A stretch of DNA of 64,000 nucleotides from Candidatus Zixiibacteriota bacterium (GCA_037441845.1 JBBIRK010000004.1:1-64000), one strand, 5' to 3'; counted from the stretch's first letter, positions 1 through 8,911 are shown. Notes: a model not told the origin generated them from the letters alone. Numbers and translations are program-made.

Positions 1-1
1 G

Positions 2-1132
2 GTCGGCGGCGGTTACCAGGATACGGTAATTGCGGCTTATGGCGGAGTGGCAAGCGGTTATTCCAATACGGCCGGCGATAATATTTACTTAGATACCGCT
101 GCATTTGTGGGTGGGGGATATAATAATTCAGCGCTTAGCAGTTATGCCACAGTAAGCGGTGGAATGTTCAACTCCGCGGGTGGAAGTTTTTCGGCGATCG
201 GCGGCGGTCAAAACAACACTGCCGGCGGACCTAGCTCGGCGGTTGCCGGCGGTATAGCTAACACTGCAAGCGGGGATAATTCGATGGTCGGCGGCGGTTA
301 TTATAACGCTGCAAGCGGGGATAATTCGATGGTCGGCGGCGGTTATTATAACGCTGCAAGCGGATGGAGTTCGATGGTCGGCGGCGGTCAATTAAACATT
401 GCAAGCGGAGATTTTGCCACGCTCGGTGGCGGTCGATTCAACATTTCCAGCGGAATATATTCCGCGGTTGGCGGCGGCGATTACAATATTTCCAGCGGAC
501 ATGCTTCGACAATCAGCGGCGGCGCATATAATGCTGCCCAGGCAATGTTTTCAACGATCGTCGGGGGAAGTTCGGATACACTGACAAGCAACGCATGGCT
601 ATCTATGGCATTTGGCAATGCAGTTTACCTTAATACGCCCTTGCGAGTTGCATTGTTTAACGGGACCGATGACGGTGCCCTCGGGGTCAATCGCGACGAT
701 AAAGATGGCGGAATAAATCATCCTATCCATGTCGGTACTGTTTCTTATTCAAATAATGGCATGGGTGCCTACCTTTCGGGCGGCGGCGTCTGGACCAATG
801 CTTCATCACGCACTTTCAAGGAAAACTTCACCCGGTTCGACGGCGCCGAACTGCTCCGCAAAATCTCGGCTTTATCGGTAACCACCTACAATTACAAGGG
901 GAGCACCGAGAAACATGTCGGTCCGTTGGCCGAGGAGTTCGTGCAGGCGTTCGACACCGGCGTCATCCGGGAATCCGATGGCAAGCGCGATGACATGTAT
1001 TTGTCGGCGGGCGATGTCGCCGGAGTGGCGTTGGCCGGGGTACAGGAATTAATCAAAATCGTGAGTGAGCTGAGGCAGGAAAATGAATCTTTGAAAGCTG
1101 AAATCGAGGCGCTCAAAGCTTCCAATAGATAA
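2..1132 (+). CDS. 5'-partial Gly-rich repeat fibre protein (GGGxxNxAxG repeats) with C-terminal peptidase S74 intramolecular chaperone domain and coiled coil
   Basis: Frame is open from position 2 (VGGGYQDTVIAAYGGV...). About a dozen 15-aa repeats, then SSRTFKENF...L..TYNYK...HVGPLAEEF (S74-like) and an EL..ENESLKAEIEALK coiled coil. Confidence 0.8.
   Translation, partial: VGGGYQDTVIAAYGGVASGYSNTAGDNIYLDTAAFVGGGYNNSALSSYATVSGGMFNSAGGSFSAIGGGQNNTAGGPSSAVAGGIANTASGDNSMVGGGYYNAASGDNSMVGGGYYNAASGWSSMVGGGQLNIASGDFATLGGGRFNISSGIYSAVGGGDYNISSGHASTISGGAYNAAQAMFSTIVGGSSDTLTSNAWLSMAFGNAVYLNTPLRVALFNGTDDGALGVNRDDKDGGINHPIHVGTVSYSNNGMGAYLSGGGVWTNASSRTFKENFTRFDGAELLRKISALSVTTYNYKGSTEKHVGPLAEEFVQAFDTGVIRESDGKRDDMYLSAGDVAGVALAGVQELIKIVSELRQENESLKAEIEALKASNR
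264..388 (+). repeat. Tandem 45-bp in-frame repeat (two identical copies plus a degenerate third)
   Basis: ctgcaagcggggataattcgatggtcggcggcggttattataacg at 264-308 and 309-353; third copy from 354 diverges. Confidence 0.9.
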
Positions 1133-1143
1133 AGAGGTGGCTT

Positions 1144-1650
1144 ATGAAAACGCTATTAACATTAGTGGTATATACTTTTTCGATAAGCCTTGCATATGCC
1201 CAGCTCTACAAGATCGATTGGTACGTGATCGGCTCCGGCGGCGGGCATGCCGCATCGGGAAGCTATCAAATCGACGCCACCATCGGGCAACCGGTAGTCG
1301 GGCAGGTGTCCTCGAGCAACTACCTAATAGAGGCCGGATTCTGGGTTGGAGTTACGGCCGGTTCGCCCTGCGTGTATGTAATCGGCGATATCAACGGCGA
1401 CGGAAATCGTATCGGCGGCGACGTGACCTATGGGGTTCGCTATTTCAAGGGCATTGGAGGTCCCCCGCCGGATAGTTGCTATATGGATTCCACGGGAGCT
1501 TATCTATATGTCGCCGGCGATGTCAATGGGAACTGCGAGTTCAGGGGATCCGACATCACCCGGCTGGTGACATATTTCAAGGGTAACGCAGCCTTGGCAT
1601 ACTGTCATTTCTTTCCGACTGCTCTGCCGCCGCTTTTAAGAGGCAGGTAG
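1144..1650 (+). CDS. Secreted protein with N-terminal 'IDWYVIGSGGG...TIGQP...AGFW' domain and C-terminal dockerin-like duplicated Ca-binding motif
   Basis: Signal peptide ending AYA; GDINGDGNRIGGDVTY and GDVNGNCEFRGSDITR duplicated motifs; SD gaggtg. Confidence 0.8.
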   Translation: MKTLLTLVVYTFSISLAYAQLYKIDWYVIGSGGGHAASGSYQIDATIGQPVVGQVSSSNYLIEAGFWVGVTAGSPCVYVIGDINGDGNRIGGDVTYGVRYFKGIGGPPPDSCYMDSTGAYLYVAGDVNGNCEFRGSDITRLVTYFKGNAALAYCHFFPTALPPLLRGR

Positions 1651-1689
1651 TGTGAAACCTTGATGATTACGATGGAATGTCATTATATG

Positions 1690-1720
1690 GGTCGAATCCG
1701 TAAGGGTTCGACCTTTTTTT
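1690..1720 (+). terminator. Rho-independent terminator
   Basis: ggtcgaatcc-gtaa-gggttcgacc followed by T7. Confidence 0.85.
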
Positions 1721-1751
1721 GTTGAATTGCGATTTTGGAACTGCCATGAGA

Positions 1752-1778
1752 TGGATTCCCGCTTGCGCGCGAATGACA
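1752..1778. repeat. Single degenerate REP-like palindrome (TGGATTCCCGC...GAATGAC type)
   Basis: tggattcccgcttgcgcgcgaatgaca resembles the widespread ATTCCC-N8-GGGAAT elements; only one copy seen. Confidence 0.4.
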
Positions 1779-1895
1779 AGAGGAAGACGGGGAATGGTGC
1801 GGTGTCGGGGGCTGCATGTTTTAGGGAATTATTGCCACCTCAATTAATGGTGGCGGATATGTAAATTCATAAATTCCCCTTAAATAATATTTCCT

Positions 1896-1981
1896 TTGAC
1901 AACCGCATATCGGCATATTAAACTGAACTTTTAAATTATGTGCCCGTTTAATTACACCACGATTTGTGAAATAATTCTCAT
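1896..1981 (+). promoter_or_regulatory. Sigma70-type promoter plus downstream Rex-like operator for citrate synthase
   Basis: TTGACA-N17-TAAACT at 1896-1924; TTGTGAA-ATAA-TTCTCAT at 1964-1981. Confidence 0.5.
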
Positions 1982-2063
1982 GCGCCGCTATATTTACATG
2001 GCCTTCATCGGCCGTTTTTCAATAACAAATCATAAGAAATTCGGTTAACCGAAAGGAGCATAA

Positions 2064-3344
2064 ATGGCATCACTAAAAGACAAACTTGCCGAGAAAATCC
2101 CCGGCTGGCGCGAGGAAGTTCAGGCGTTGCTGAAAGAGCACGGGGATAAGCAGATCGCTACCGTGAGCGTCAGCCAGGCTTATGGCGGCACCCGCGGAGT
2201 CAGAACCTTGATATGCGATACCTCTGAAGTTCCGCCCGATAAAGGGCTGATTATCCGCGGCATCCCGATCGCCGACCTCAAAGACAAACTGCCGGAAGAA
2301 GTGTTTTTTCTACTGTGCACCGGTGAACTTCCGGACAAAAAAGACCTGACCGCCCTGCAAAAAGAATTCGAAGCCCGGTCCAAGGTGCCGGCTTACGTCT
2401 GGAAAGTGCTCGAGGCGATGCCCAAGGATTCACATCCCATGGCGATGTTCGACACCGCCATTCTGGTGATGGAGCGGGAATCGAAATTCCGCAAACAATA
2501 CGACGCCGGCATGAAGAAGACGGACTACTGGATACCGATGCTCGAGGACAGTCTCGATTTATTGGCCAAACTTCCGGGGATAGCCGCGGGAATCTATCGG
2601 ATGCGGTTCAAGAAGGGCGACCGGATCAGTTGGAAGAAGGGATTGGATTGGGGCGGCAATTACGCCCGCATGCTCGGTATCAAGGACAAAGACGGTAGTT
2701 TCGCCGATCTTATCAGATTGTATATGACGCTGCATTGCGATCATGAAAGCGGCAACGTTTCGGCGCATACCGCTTTCTGTGTCGCCAGCGCACTCTCGGA
2801 TATATACTACGCGGTGAGCGCCGGTCTCAACGGACTTGCCGGCCCGCTTCACGGCTTGGCCAATCAGGAATGTCTTGCTTGGATTATTCAAACTTATGAA
2901 AAATTCGGCGGCGTGCCGACCGATGATCAGCTTCACCAATATGCGTGGGATACGCTGAACTCCGGAAAGGTGATCCCGGGATACGGACATGCGGTGCTGC
3001 GTATCACCGACCCGCGTTTCGATTGTTTCCGTGAATTCGGTTTCAAACACCTGCCCGACGATCCGATTTTCAGAATCGTCGATCAGGTTTTCCGGATCGT
3101 GCCCAAGATTTTGCAGGAGCAGGGAAAAGCCAAAGACCCGTGGCCAAATGTCGATGCCGGCAGCGGGGCGCTTTTGTATCATTACGGTATGAAAGAATTC
3201 TCGTATTACACCGTATTGTTCTCGGTATCGAGGGCGATGGGGATGTGTTCGCAGGCGATAGTGGCCAGAGCGATGGGATATCCGATCGAGCGGCCGAAAT
3301 CATCGACGACCGCCTGGATCAAGAAACAGGTGGGCATGGCTTAG
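2064..3344 (+). CDS. gltA: Citrate (Si)-synthase, eukaryotic-type
   Basis: HCDHESGNVSAH, NGLAGPLHGLANQE, IPGYGHAVLR.TDPR, PWPNVDA motifs; SD aaggag. Confidence 0.95.
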   Translation: MASLKDKLAEKIPGWREEVQALLKEHGDKQIATVSVSQAYGGTRGVRTLICDTSEVPPDKGLIIRGIPIADLKDKLPEEVFFLLCTGELPDKKDLTALQKEFEARSKVPAYVWKVLEAMPKDSHPMAMFDTAILVMERESKFRKQYDAGMKKTDYWIPMLEDSLDLLAKLPGIAAGIYRMRFKKGDRISWKKGLDWGGNYARMLGIKDKDGSFADLIRLYMTLHCDHESGNVSAHTAFCVASALSDIYYAVSAGLNGLAGPLHGLANQECLAWIIQTYEKFGGVPTDDQLHQYAWDTLNSGKVIPGYGHAVLRITDPRFDCFREFGFKHLPDDPIFRIVDQVFRIVPKILQEQGKAKDPWPNVDAGSGALLYHYGMKEFSYYTVLFSVSRAMGMCSQAIVARAMGYPIERPKSSTTAWIKKQVGMA

Positions 3345-3375
3345 TTCCTGTTTCCCCGGTATATCGCCGATTTGA

Positions 3376-3410
3376 AACGGGCGTGCCTTACGGCTCGCCC
3401 GTTGTTTTTT
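3376..3410 (+). terminator. Rho-independent terminator
   Basis: aacgggcg...cgcccgtt followed by T-run. Confidence 0.75.
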
Positions 3411-3632
3411 GCGATCGAGGCGATTTCTTTGTCCGGGATTTAATCGAGCATTGCCTGCCGGTATCCGCAATTTGCGTCGCAAGGATTATCTCGAGTTTCG
3501 AAGGGATTGGGTGTTGCGGACGAAGGGAATAATAATTAATCGGCGCGCAAGCAAGAATCAGGTTGACATCGCCCCCCGACATTATAGTTTTAAGCGATAG
3601 GCTTAATTTTATTCAGAAAAGGAGACTTTACG

Positions 3633-4112
3633 ATGAAAAGAATCGTGTCTGTGATCGGATTGATGATTACGGTTTCGGCGTCGGTTTTGGCAGTGGATAA
3701 GCCGGCCGAAAAGCCCTGGTTCGATTTGGCCAATTGCGATTTCTGCAAGCATCTGCTTGCCGATTCGCTTCTCTTGCCCAATATCATCTGGGAACATCAT
3801 GATATCAGCAACGGCCTGATGACCGTATCCATAGTGAAACCCGAATTCAAGGGGTCTTACCGCAAGGCGATGGCGGAAATGGAAAAAGTGGGCGAGGAAA
3901 TGAAACAGGGGAAACCGGTCAAGATGTGCGGGTCCTGCGAATATTACGGCATGATGATGATGTCGGGAGTCAAGACCGAGCATGTATCGGGCGAATGGGG
4001 CGACATCATGTTGTATACGTCCGACAAGCCCGAAGTGCTGGCTATGATACGCGAATACGGCAGACGCAACCGAGAGGAGTTGGCGAAGATGGAGGGAGCG
4101 CAAACCAAGTAG
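3633..4112 (+). CDS. Secreted hypothetical protein with two CxxC motifs, Met-rich
   Basis: Signal peptide (VLA); CDFCKH and CGSC; YGMMMMSG; SD aggag. Confidence 0.75.
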   Translation: MKRIVSVIGLMITVSASVLAVDKPAEKPWFDLANCDFCKHLLADSLLLPNIIWEHHDISNGLMTVSIVKPEFKGSYRKAMAEMEKVGEEMKQGKPVKMCGSCEYYGMMMMSGVKTEHVSGEWGDIMLYTSDKPEVLAMIREYGRRNREELAKMEGAQTK

Positions 4113-4148
4113 AGACCGTTACACCGGGCTGTTAAAGGAGTTGTATTG

Positions 4149-4178
4149 AAGGCGGGTCGTTCACCCGCCTTTCGTTTT
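4149..4178 (+). terminator. Rho-independent terminator
   Basis: aaggcgggt-cgttc-acccgcctt followed by T-rich tail. Confidence 0.75.
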
Positions 4179-4493
4179 GGGGTAGGCGGTGTGGGAAATT
4201 CTTTCGATATTTCTGGTGTCGGCGGAGCAGTAGCCAGTGGGGCGTCTTAATCGCCTGTGAGTGTCGTAATGCGACATTCGTGGGTGAAAACGGCTGCGTT
4301 CGTATGGCAGATTATCCATATTGAAAATAGAAGTCATTTTCAAAATAATTCTTGACTTTACCTTGCCAAGGGTGATATTTAGGCACATTGCGAAATTATC
4401 GGAACCATGATGGATTATTCCGGCGAAAGATCACGCCGCGGGATCAGGTGATCCCAAGGCGCTAATTATTTAACCAGTTTCCGGGAGGTAATC

Positions 4494-4874
4494 ATGCAAT
4501 CGAAACGGCTTTTGGGGCTGGGATTGGCGCTAATCGTATTGATGGCGTTGCAATCGGTCCCCGTGTCGGCCAAAGAGGGCGAGCCCGCCAAAAGCGGTGT
4601 TCAACATTATTTGATAGTCTCGCCGCACACAACCGAGGAATGCCTGAGCGCGCTCGATGATGTCGCCGCCAAAGGCAAGGACGAACTGGCCAAATGGGAT
4701 TGGGGCTGCGCCGACGGCGATCACACTGGCTATTGTATTGTCGATGCTTCCAGCAAGGAGGCGGCGTTGGCGATGGTTCCGCAGAAGGAGCGGGCCAAAG
4801 CGAAAGCGATTTTAATAAACAAGTTTTCGATCGAACAAATCAGGGCAATCCACGAGGCCCACAAGGGTCACTGA
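4494..4874 (+). CDS. Secreted small alpha/beta hypothetical protein (DUF3303-like by motif resemblance)
   Basis: Signal peptide; YLIVSPHTTEEC...GDHTGYCIVDASSKEAA pattern; SD ggagg. Confidence 0.6.
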   Translation: MQSKRLLGLGLALIVLMALQSVPVSAKEGEPAKSGVQHYLIVSPHTTEECLSALDDVAAKGKDELAKWDWGCADGDHTGYCIVDASSKEAALAMVPQKERAKAKAILINKFSIEQIRAIHEAHKGH

Positions 4875-4945
4875 AAAGTTATTTGCGCGATGGGGGCGCC
4901 GTATCACGGTGTCCCCTGAATATTATCTGAACGAAAGCAGGCAAA

Positions 4946-5242
4946 ATGATCGTCGTCCGTGATATATTCCGATTGAAATTCGGTAAGGCCAAGGAGGCCA
5001 AAGCACTGCTCAAAGAGGGAATCGCGATGATTGAAAGCACCGGCTTCAAGGTCGATCGTATTTTGACCGATCTGACCGGTGAGTATTACACGTTGGTTCT
5101 CGAAAGCAGCCATAAAAATCTGGCCGAATACGAGCGAATCGATAACGGCCATATTTCCGACGGCCGCTGGAAAATCTGGTACGATAAGTTCATTCCTCTG
5201 GTGGAATCGGGCCGCAGAGAAATATTTCGGGTGGTGGATTGA
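4946..5242 (+). CDS. Small NIPSNAP-like dimeric alpha/beta barrel protein
   Basis: MIVVRDIFRLKFGKA...RILTDLTGEYYTLVLE...VESGRREIF. Confidence 0.65.
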   Translation: MIVVRDIFRLKFGKAKEAKALLKEGIAMIESTGFKVDRILTDLTGEYYTLVLESSHKNLAEYERIDNGHISDGRWKIWYDKFIPLVESGRREIFRVVD

Positions 5243-5878
5243 CGCCGGCTGAACGGTTGTCGAGGACATTCGATAATCCCCATGGCTGAGGAGGGAAATC
5301 GGTTGCATCGTTCCCGCGTCGGGGGGAATTAAAGATCAGGCGCGATATCGATTCGACAACCGCATTTCTTCGTTTTTCCCGTTTTTTCATTCCCGCCCAA
5401 ATCGAAATTCGGGTCCCGGCAGCGGTATCGATCTCGCACTTGTGGTTGTGCTTTATCAATCCCGCAGTCGTGCCATTCATCCTGCCATTCCCTTGCATGA
5501 GTGAATTTCAAGAAATTAAAGATTAGTTTCATCTTTTCATTGCCGCGCAAGCGGTAATCCACAGTGGCAGCCTCGTGGCGGCGAGTCTCATTAAAATAAT
5601 CCGACGTCGAGGCCAAATCGACATGGCTGAAAATGAATAAGCAATATCGCAGACTTGTCATGACGCCGTATGGCGCATCCGTCGGCGTGAAGTCTGTTTA
5701 TGATAAGTGATGAAGTCGGGCGCCCGTTTACGGTTTACACGATCATAATTATCTTGATCATATTATATTGACAGCAACGGCAGTATTTTATAAGATTAAC
5801 TCTTTTAAATTTGTTCGAATCGGGTCGGAACGGAAGAAAAGTATTTTGCAAGAGTGCAAGGATTAGGGAGGAAGCGAA

Positions 5879-7162
5879 ATGGACGGACTGAGAGGTTGGG
5901 TATTTGCCGAGATCGGCCTCATTTTAACTGCGGTCATCATTATTTCCTGCGGCGGGGGCAAATCGAATGAGCCCGCGGAACCGAACGTGCCCACGGTCAT
6001 AACCGCGACGGTCAGCGACATTACCGACACATCGGCGACCTGCGGCGGAACGATCTCTTCCGATGGCGGCGCTGCGGTGACAAGAAAAGGCGTCTGCTGG
6101 AGCACCGATTCGACTCCTTCGATTTCCGATGACACGACCGATGATGGTTCGGGTACGGGGAGTTTCACCAGTTCCGTCCTCGGCCTGTCGCCCGGGACGC
6201 CATATTATGTGAGGGCGTATGCCACCAACAGTAAAGGCACCGGCTACGGTGAAATCAGATCGTTCAATACTCTTTCGCATGATTCGCGCGGGACAATTAT
6301 AATAGACACGGAGCCTGACAGCCTGGAGGCATCCTGGACGTTGGCCGGCCCGGGCGGCTTTGACACCAGCGGCTATGGAGATGAGGTCATATCGAATCTG
6401 GTAATCGGCGAATATGCGATAAGCTGGGACAGTATGCCGCGATGGATACCCCCTGCTGATTCGTCCGAGACGCTTGCGGAAAACGACACGATCACTTTCA
6501 CCGGCGTTTATGTATGGGGAGGCGGCCCGGAATCGACCGGGACGGTGACGGATATCGACGGCAACGTTTACCAGACGGTCAAGATCGGCGACCAGTGGTG
6601 GATGATGGAAAATCTTAAGGTGACCCACTATCGCAACGGGGATCCGATACCGCATATAACGAATAACGGTGAATGGGCGATCAGCGACTCCGGCGCCTAC
6701 TGCAATTACAATAACGATTCGTCTAACGTGAGTGCCTACGGGCGGCTTTACAACTGGTTGGCCGTGGTCGATTCAAGACATCTGCCGCCGGCCGGATGGC
6801 ATATACCGAGCGACGACGAGTGGAAGCAGCTGGAAAGATATCTGGGCATGAGCCAGAGCCAAGCCGACACCACCGGCTGGCGGGGAACCGATGAAGGCGG
6901 CAAACTAAAAGAAACGGGGACCGCCCATTGGGGAGCCCCCAACACCGGAGCCACCAACTCGAGCTACTTTACGGCCAGACCGGGCGGCTATCGCGATTAC
7001 AGCGGTTGGTTCTATAACAGAGGTTATTTCGGCGCATTCTGGACCTCGACGCCGGCAAGCAGTTTAGCCTGGTATAGAGGGCTTTACTACGATCGAAGCA
7101 CGATCGACCGGGGCTGGCATTACAGAACCTCGGGGATATCGGTCAGATGCGTTAAAGATTGA
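5879..7162 (+). CDS. Lipoprotein with FN3-like domain and C-terminal FISUMP (Fibrobacter succinogenes major paralogous) domain
   Basis: Lipobox IISC; YYVRAYATN (FN3-like); DIDGNVYQTVKIGDQWWMMENL, YGRLYNW, GWHIPSDDEW, SVRCVKD. Confidence 0.9.
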   Translation: MDGLRGWVFAEIGLILTAVIIISCGGGKSNEPAEPNVPTVITATVSDITDTSATCGGTISSDGGAAVTRKGVCWSTDSTPSISDDTTDDGSGTGSFTSSVLGLSPGTPYYVRAYATNSKGTGYGEIRSFNTLSHDSRGTIIIDTEPDSLEASWTLAGPGGFDTSGYGDEVISNLVIGEYAISWDSMPRWIPPADSSETLAENDTITFTGVYVWGGGPESTGTVTDIDGNVYQTVKIGDQWWMMENLKVTHYRNGDPIPHITNNGEWAISDSGAYCNYNNDSSNVSAYGRLYNWLAVVDSRHLPPAGWHIPSDDEWKQLERYLGMSQSQADTTGWRGTDEGGKLKETGTAHWGAPNTGATNSSYFTARPGGYRDYSGWFYNRGYFGAFWTSTPASSLAWYRGLYYDRSTIDRGWHYRTSGISVRCVKD

Positions 7163-7412
7163 GCCGGCGGGTCGGCAAACGTTAAGCGGGGGCTATAAAT
7201 TCATAGCTGATCACGTTTGTGAAATCAGCCACAAGATACTCCCTTAATTCCTCTTGTCAATTAAAGGGGGGCAGTATATCACCTACTCGTTAAAATGTCT
7301 CGAATGAATACTATCAAAAGTTGAGATCTCAATAACATCGCCTCGGCTGTCAATCACAATTTTCCCCACATTCCGCTTGATAAAATCGGTCGACCGAAAT
7401 AAATTCCCCGCC

Positions 7413-7622
7413 ATGCCAAGACAAAACGTCAAAGGCAGATTCAGCGTCGCTATCGATTATTCCGCCTGCGGCAACTGCGGCGCCTGCGTAGCGGTCTGCC
7501 CGGAAAACGTCCTTCACCTCGGCCCGATCCGTCTCGAATCGACCGACACCGACTGCACCGGCTGCAAATTCTGCATAATCACCTGCCCGGCCGATGCCTT
7601 GGAACTTCGCCATGAAAGATAG
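7413..7622 (+). CDS. 2[4Fe-4S] ferredoxin
   Basis: CGNCGACVAVCP and CTGCKFCIITCP. Confidence 0.9.
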   Translation: MPRQNVKGRFSVAIDYSACGNCGACVAVCPENVLHLGPIRLESTDTDCTGCKFCIITCPADALELRHER

Positions 7623-8781
7623 TTACGACGTGATCGTGGTCGGGGCCGGACCCGCAGGCTCCACCGCCGCCCGATTCGCCGCCGCCGAAGGCGCTCGAAC
7701 CCTGCTTCTGGAAAAGCACCCCGCGATCGGCTATCCGCTTTGTTGCGCCGAGGCGATCTCCACCACCGGGTTGACACGGGTGGTCGATCCCGATCCGCGC
7801 TGGATAAACTGCAAGATCGAGCATGTCCATCTTTACGGTCCGAACGATTCACACGCCGAAATCTATCATCCCGACGCCGGCTACATGCTGGAACGCAAAA
7901 TTTTCGATCGGGCGCTGGCGGAACACGCCGCTGATGCCGGCGCCGATATCCGCGTGGGACACGACGTGGTCAGCTTGATCGAGGGGAAAAACGGTTATGA
8001 GGGGGTGATCGCCCGGATCGATGGACACGAACGAAAACTGCACGCCAAAGTCATAATCGCCGCCGATGGAATCGAATCGCAGGTGGCAGTGGCGGCCGGA
8101 ATGAAAGCCACGCTGAAGCCGAGTCAGGTTCACTCCGCATATCAATATCTGATCGGTTCGCCGGAAATCGCCCCCGAGACGCTGGAATTTCATATCGGAA
8201 CGCAGGTTGCTCCGGGCGGTTATATCTGGTTGTTCGCCAAGGGTGGTTCGCTTGCCAATGTCGGAATCGGCGTGTGTCCGACGAAAACGCCGAAGAAAAA
8301 GGCGGTGCGGTATCTCGATGAGTTCGTGGCGCGGCGTTTCCGCAGATTCGCGATTATCGAGAGGATGACCGGCGGGGTACCCACTTACATTCCCGAATTG
8401 CCGCTGCATAAGAAAAATCTCTTGCTTGCCGGGGATGCCGCCCGGGTGATAGATTCGTTTTCGGGCGCGGGAATCGCCAATGCGCTTTTAAGCGGAAAAC
8501 TGGCCGGCCAGACGGCCGCGGCGATGGCCGGAGGGGAAAGCGACGGCAAAGCATATCAGAGCGCATTTTATCAAATAAAGGAGAAGGAACTGAATTTTTA
8601 CCGGCGATGCCGGCAGCTTTTTCTGAAATTAAACGATAAAGACATGGAGACGATTCTGCGGTTTGTCGATGATTTGTTTTCCGGCCGGACGATCGAGGCC
8701 GTCAATCCGATGGAAATCGTCAGGAAGATATTGTTATCATATCCGCGTCTTATGACTTTGGGGCGGCACTTGTTGTTTTGA
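7612..8781 (+). CDS. Geranylgeranyl reductase family FAD-dependent oxidoreductase (DGGGPL reductase-like)
   Basis: GAGPAGS Rossmann motif, PxxCAE, ADG, PGGYIWLFAK, GDAA, GAGIANA; overlaps the ferredoxin stop. Confidence 0.85.
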   Translation: MKDSYDVIVVGAGPAGSTAARFAAAEGARTLLLEKHPAIGYPLCCAEAISTTGLTRVVDPDPRWINCKIEHVHLYGPNDSHAEIYHPDAGYMLERKIFDRALAEHAADAGADIRVGHDVVSLIEGKNGYEGVIARIDGHERKLHAKVIIAADGIESQVAVAAGMKATLKPSQVHSAYQYLIGSPEIAPETLEFHIGTQVAPGGYIWLFAKGGSLANVGIGVCPTKTPKKKAVRYLDEFVARRFRRFAIIERMTGGVPTYIPELPLHKKNLLLAGDAARVIDSFSGAGIANALLSGKLAGQTAAAMAGGESDGKAYQSAFYQIKEKELNFYRRCRQLFLKLNDKDMETILRFVDDLFSGRTIEAVNPMEIVRKILLSYPRLMTLGRHLLF

Positions 8782-8911
8782 TTGCAAGGACGGATTTTGC
8801 GCGATTCGGATCGCCGGAGGATAAAAAACGCTCCGGCGTTGAAGCGAGGAGCGATTGAATTTTGGGGATCGCCGGGGCAGGCGTTCGCCGGCAGCGGAGA
8901 AAATAGCGGGC

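Noticed and set aside
264..388. Possible CRISPR array
   Set aside because: Repeats abut without spacers and are in-frame coding repeats
2..1132. Prophage tail gene
   Set aside because: No other phage genes in the window and the neighbour is a signal-peptide/dockerin protein; the upstream flank is not visible, so this is not fully excluded
3735..3752. c-type cytochrome call for the CDFCKH protein
   Set aside because: Motif is CxxCxH, not CxxCH; heme attachment is unsupported
4872..4920. Selenocysteine read-through (TGA followed by a hairpin)
   Set aside because: The TGA falls at a natural C-terminus, not at a Cys-equivalent position; read-through would add only a short peptide
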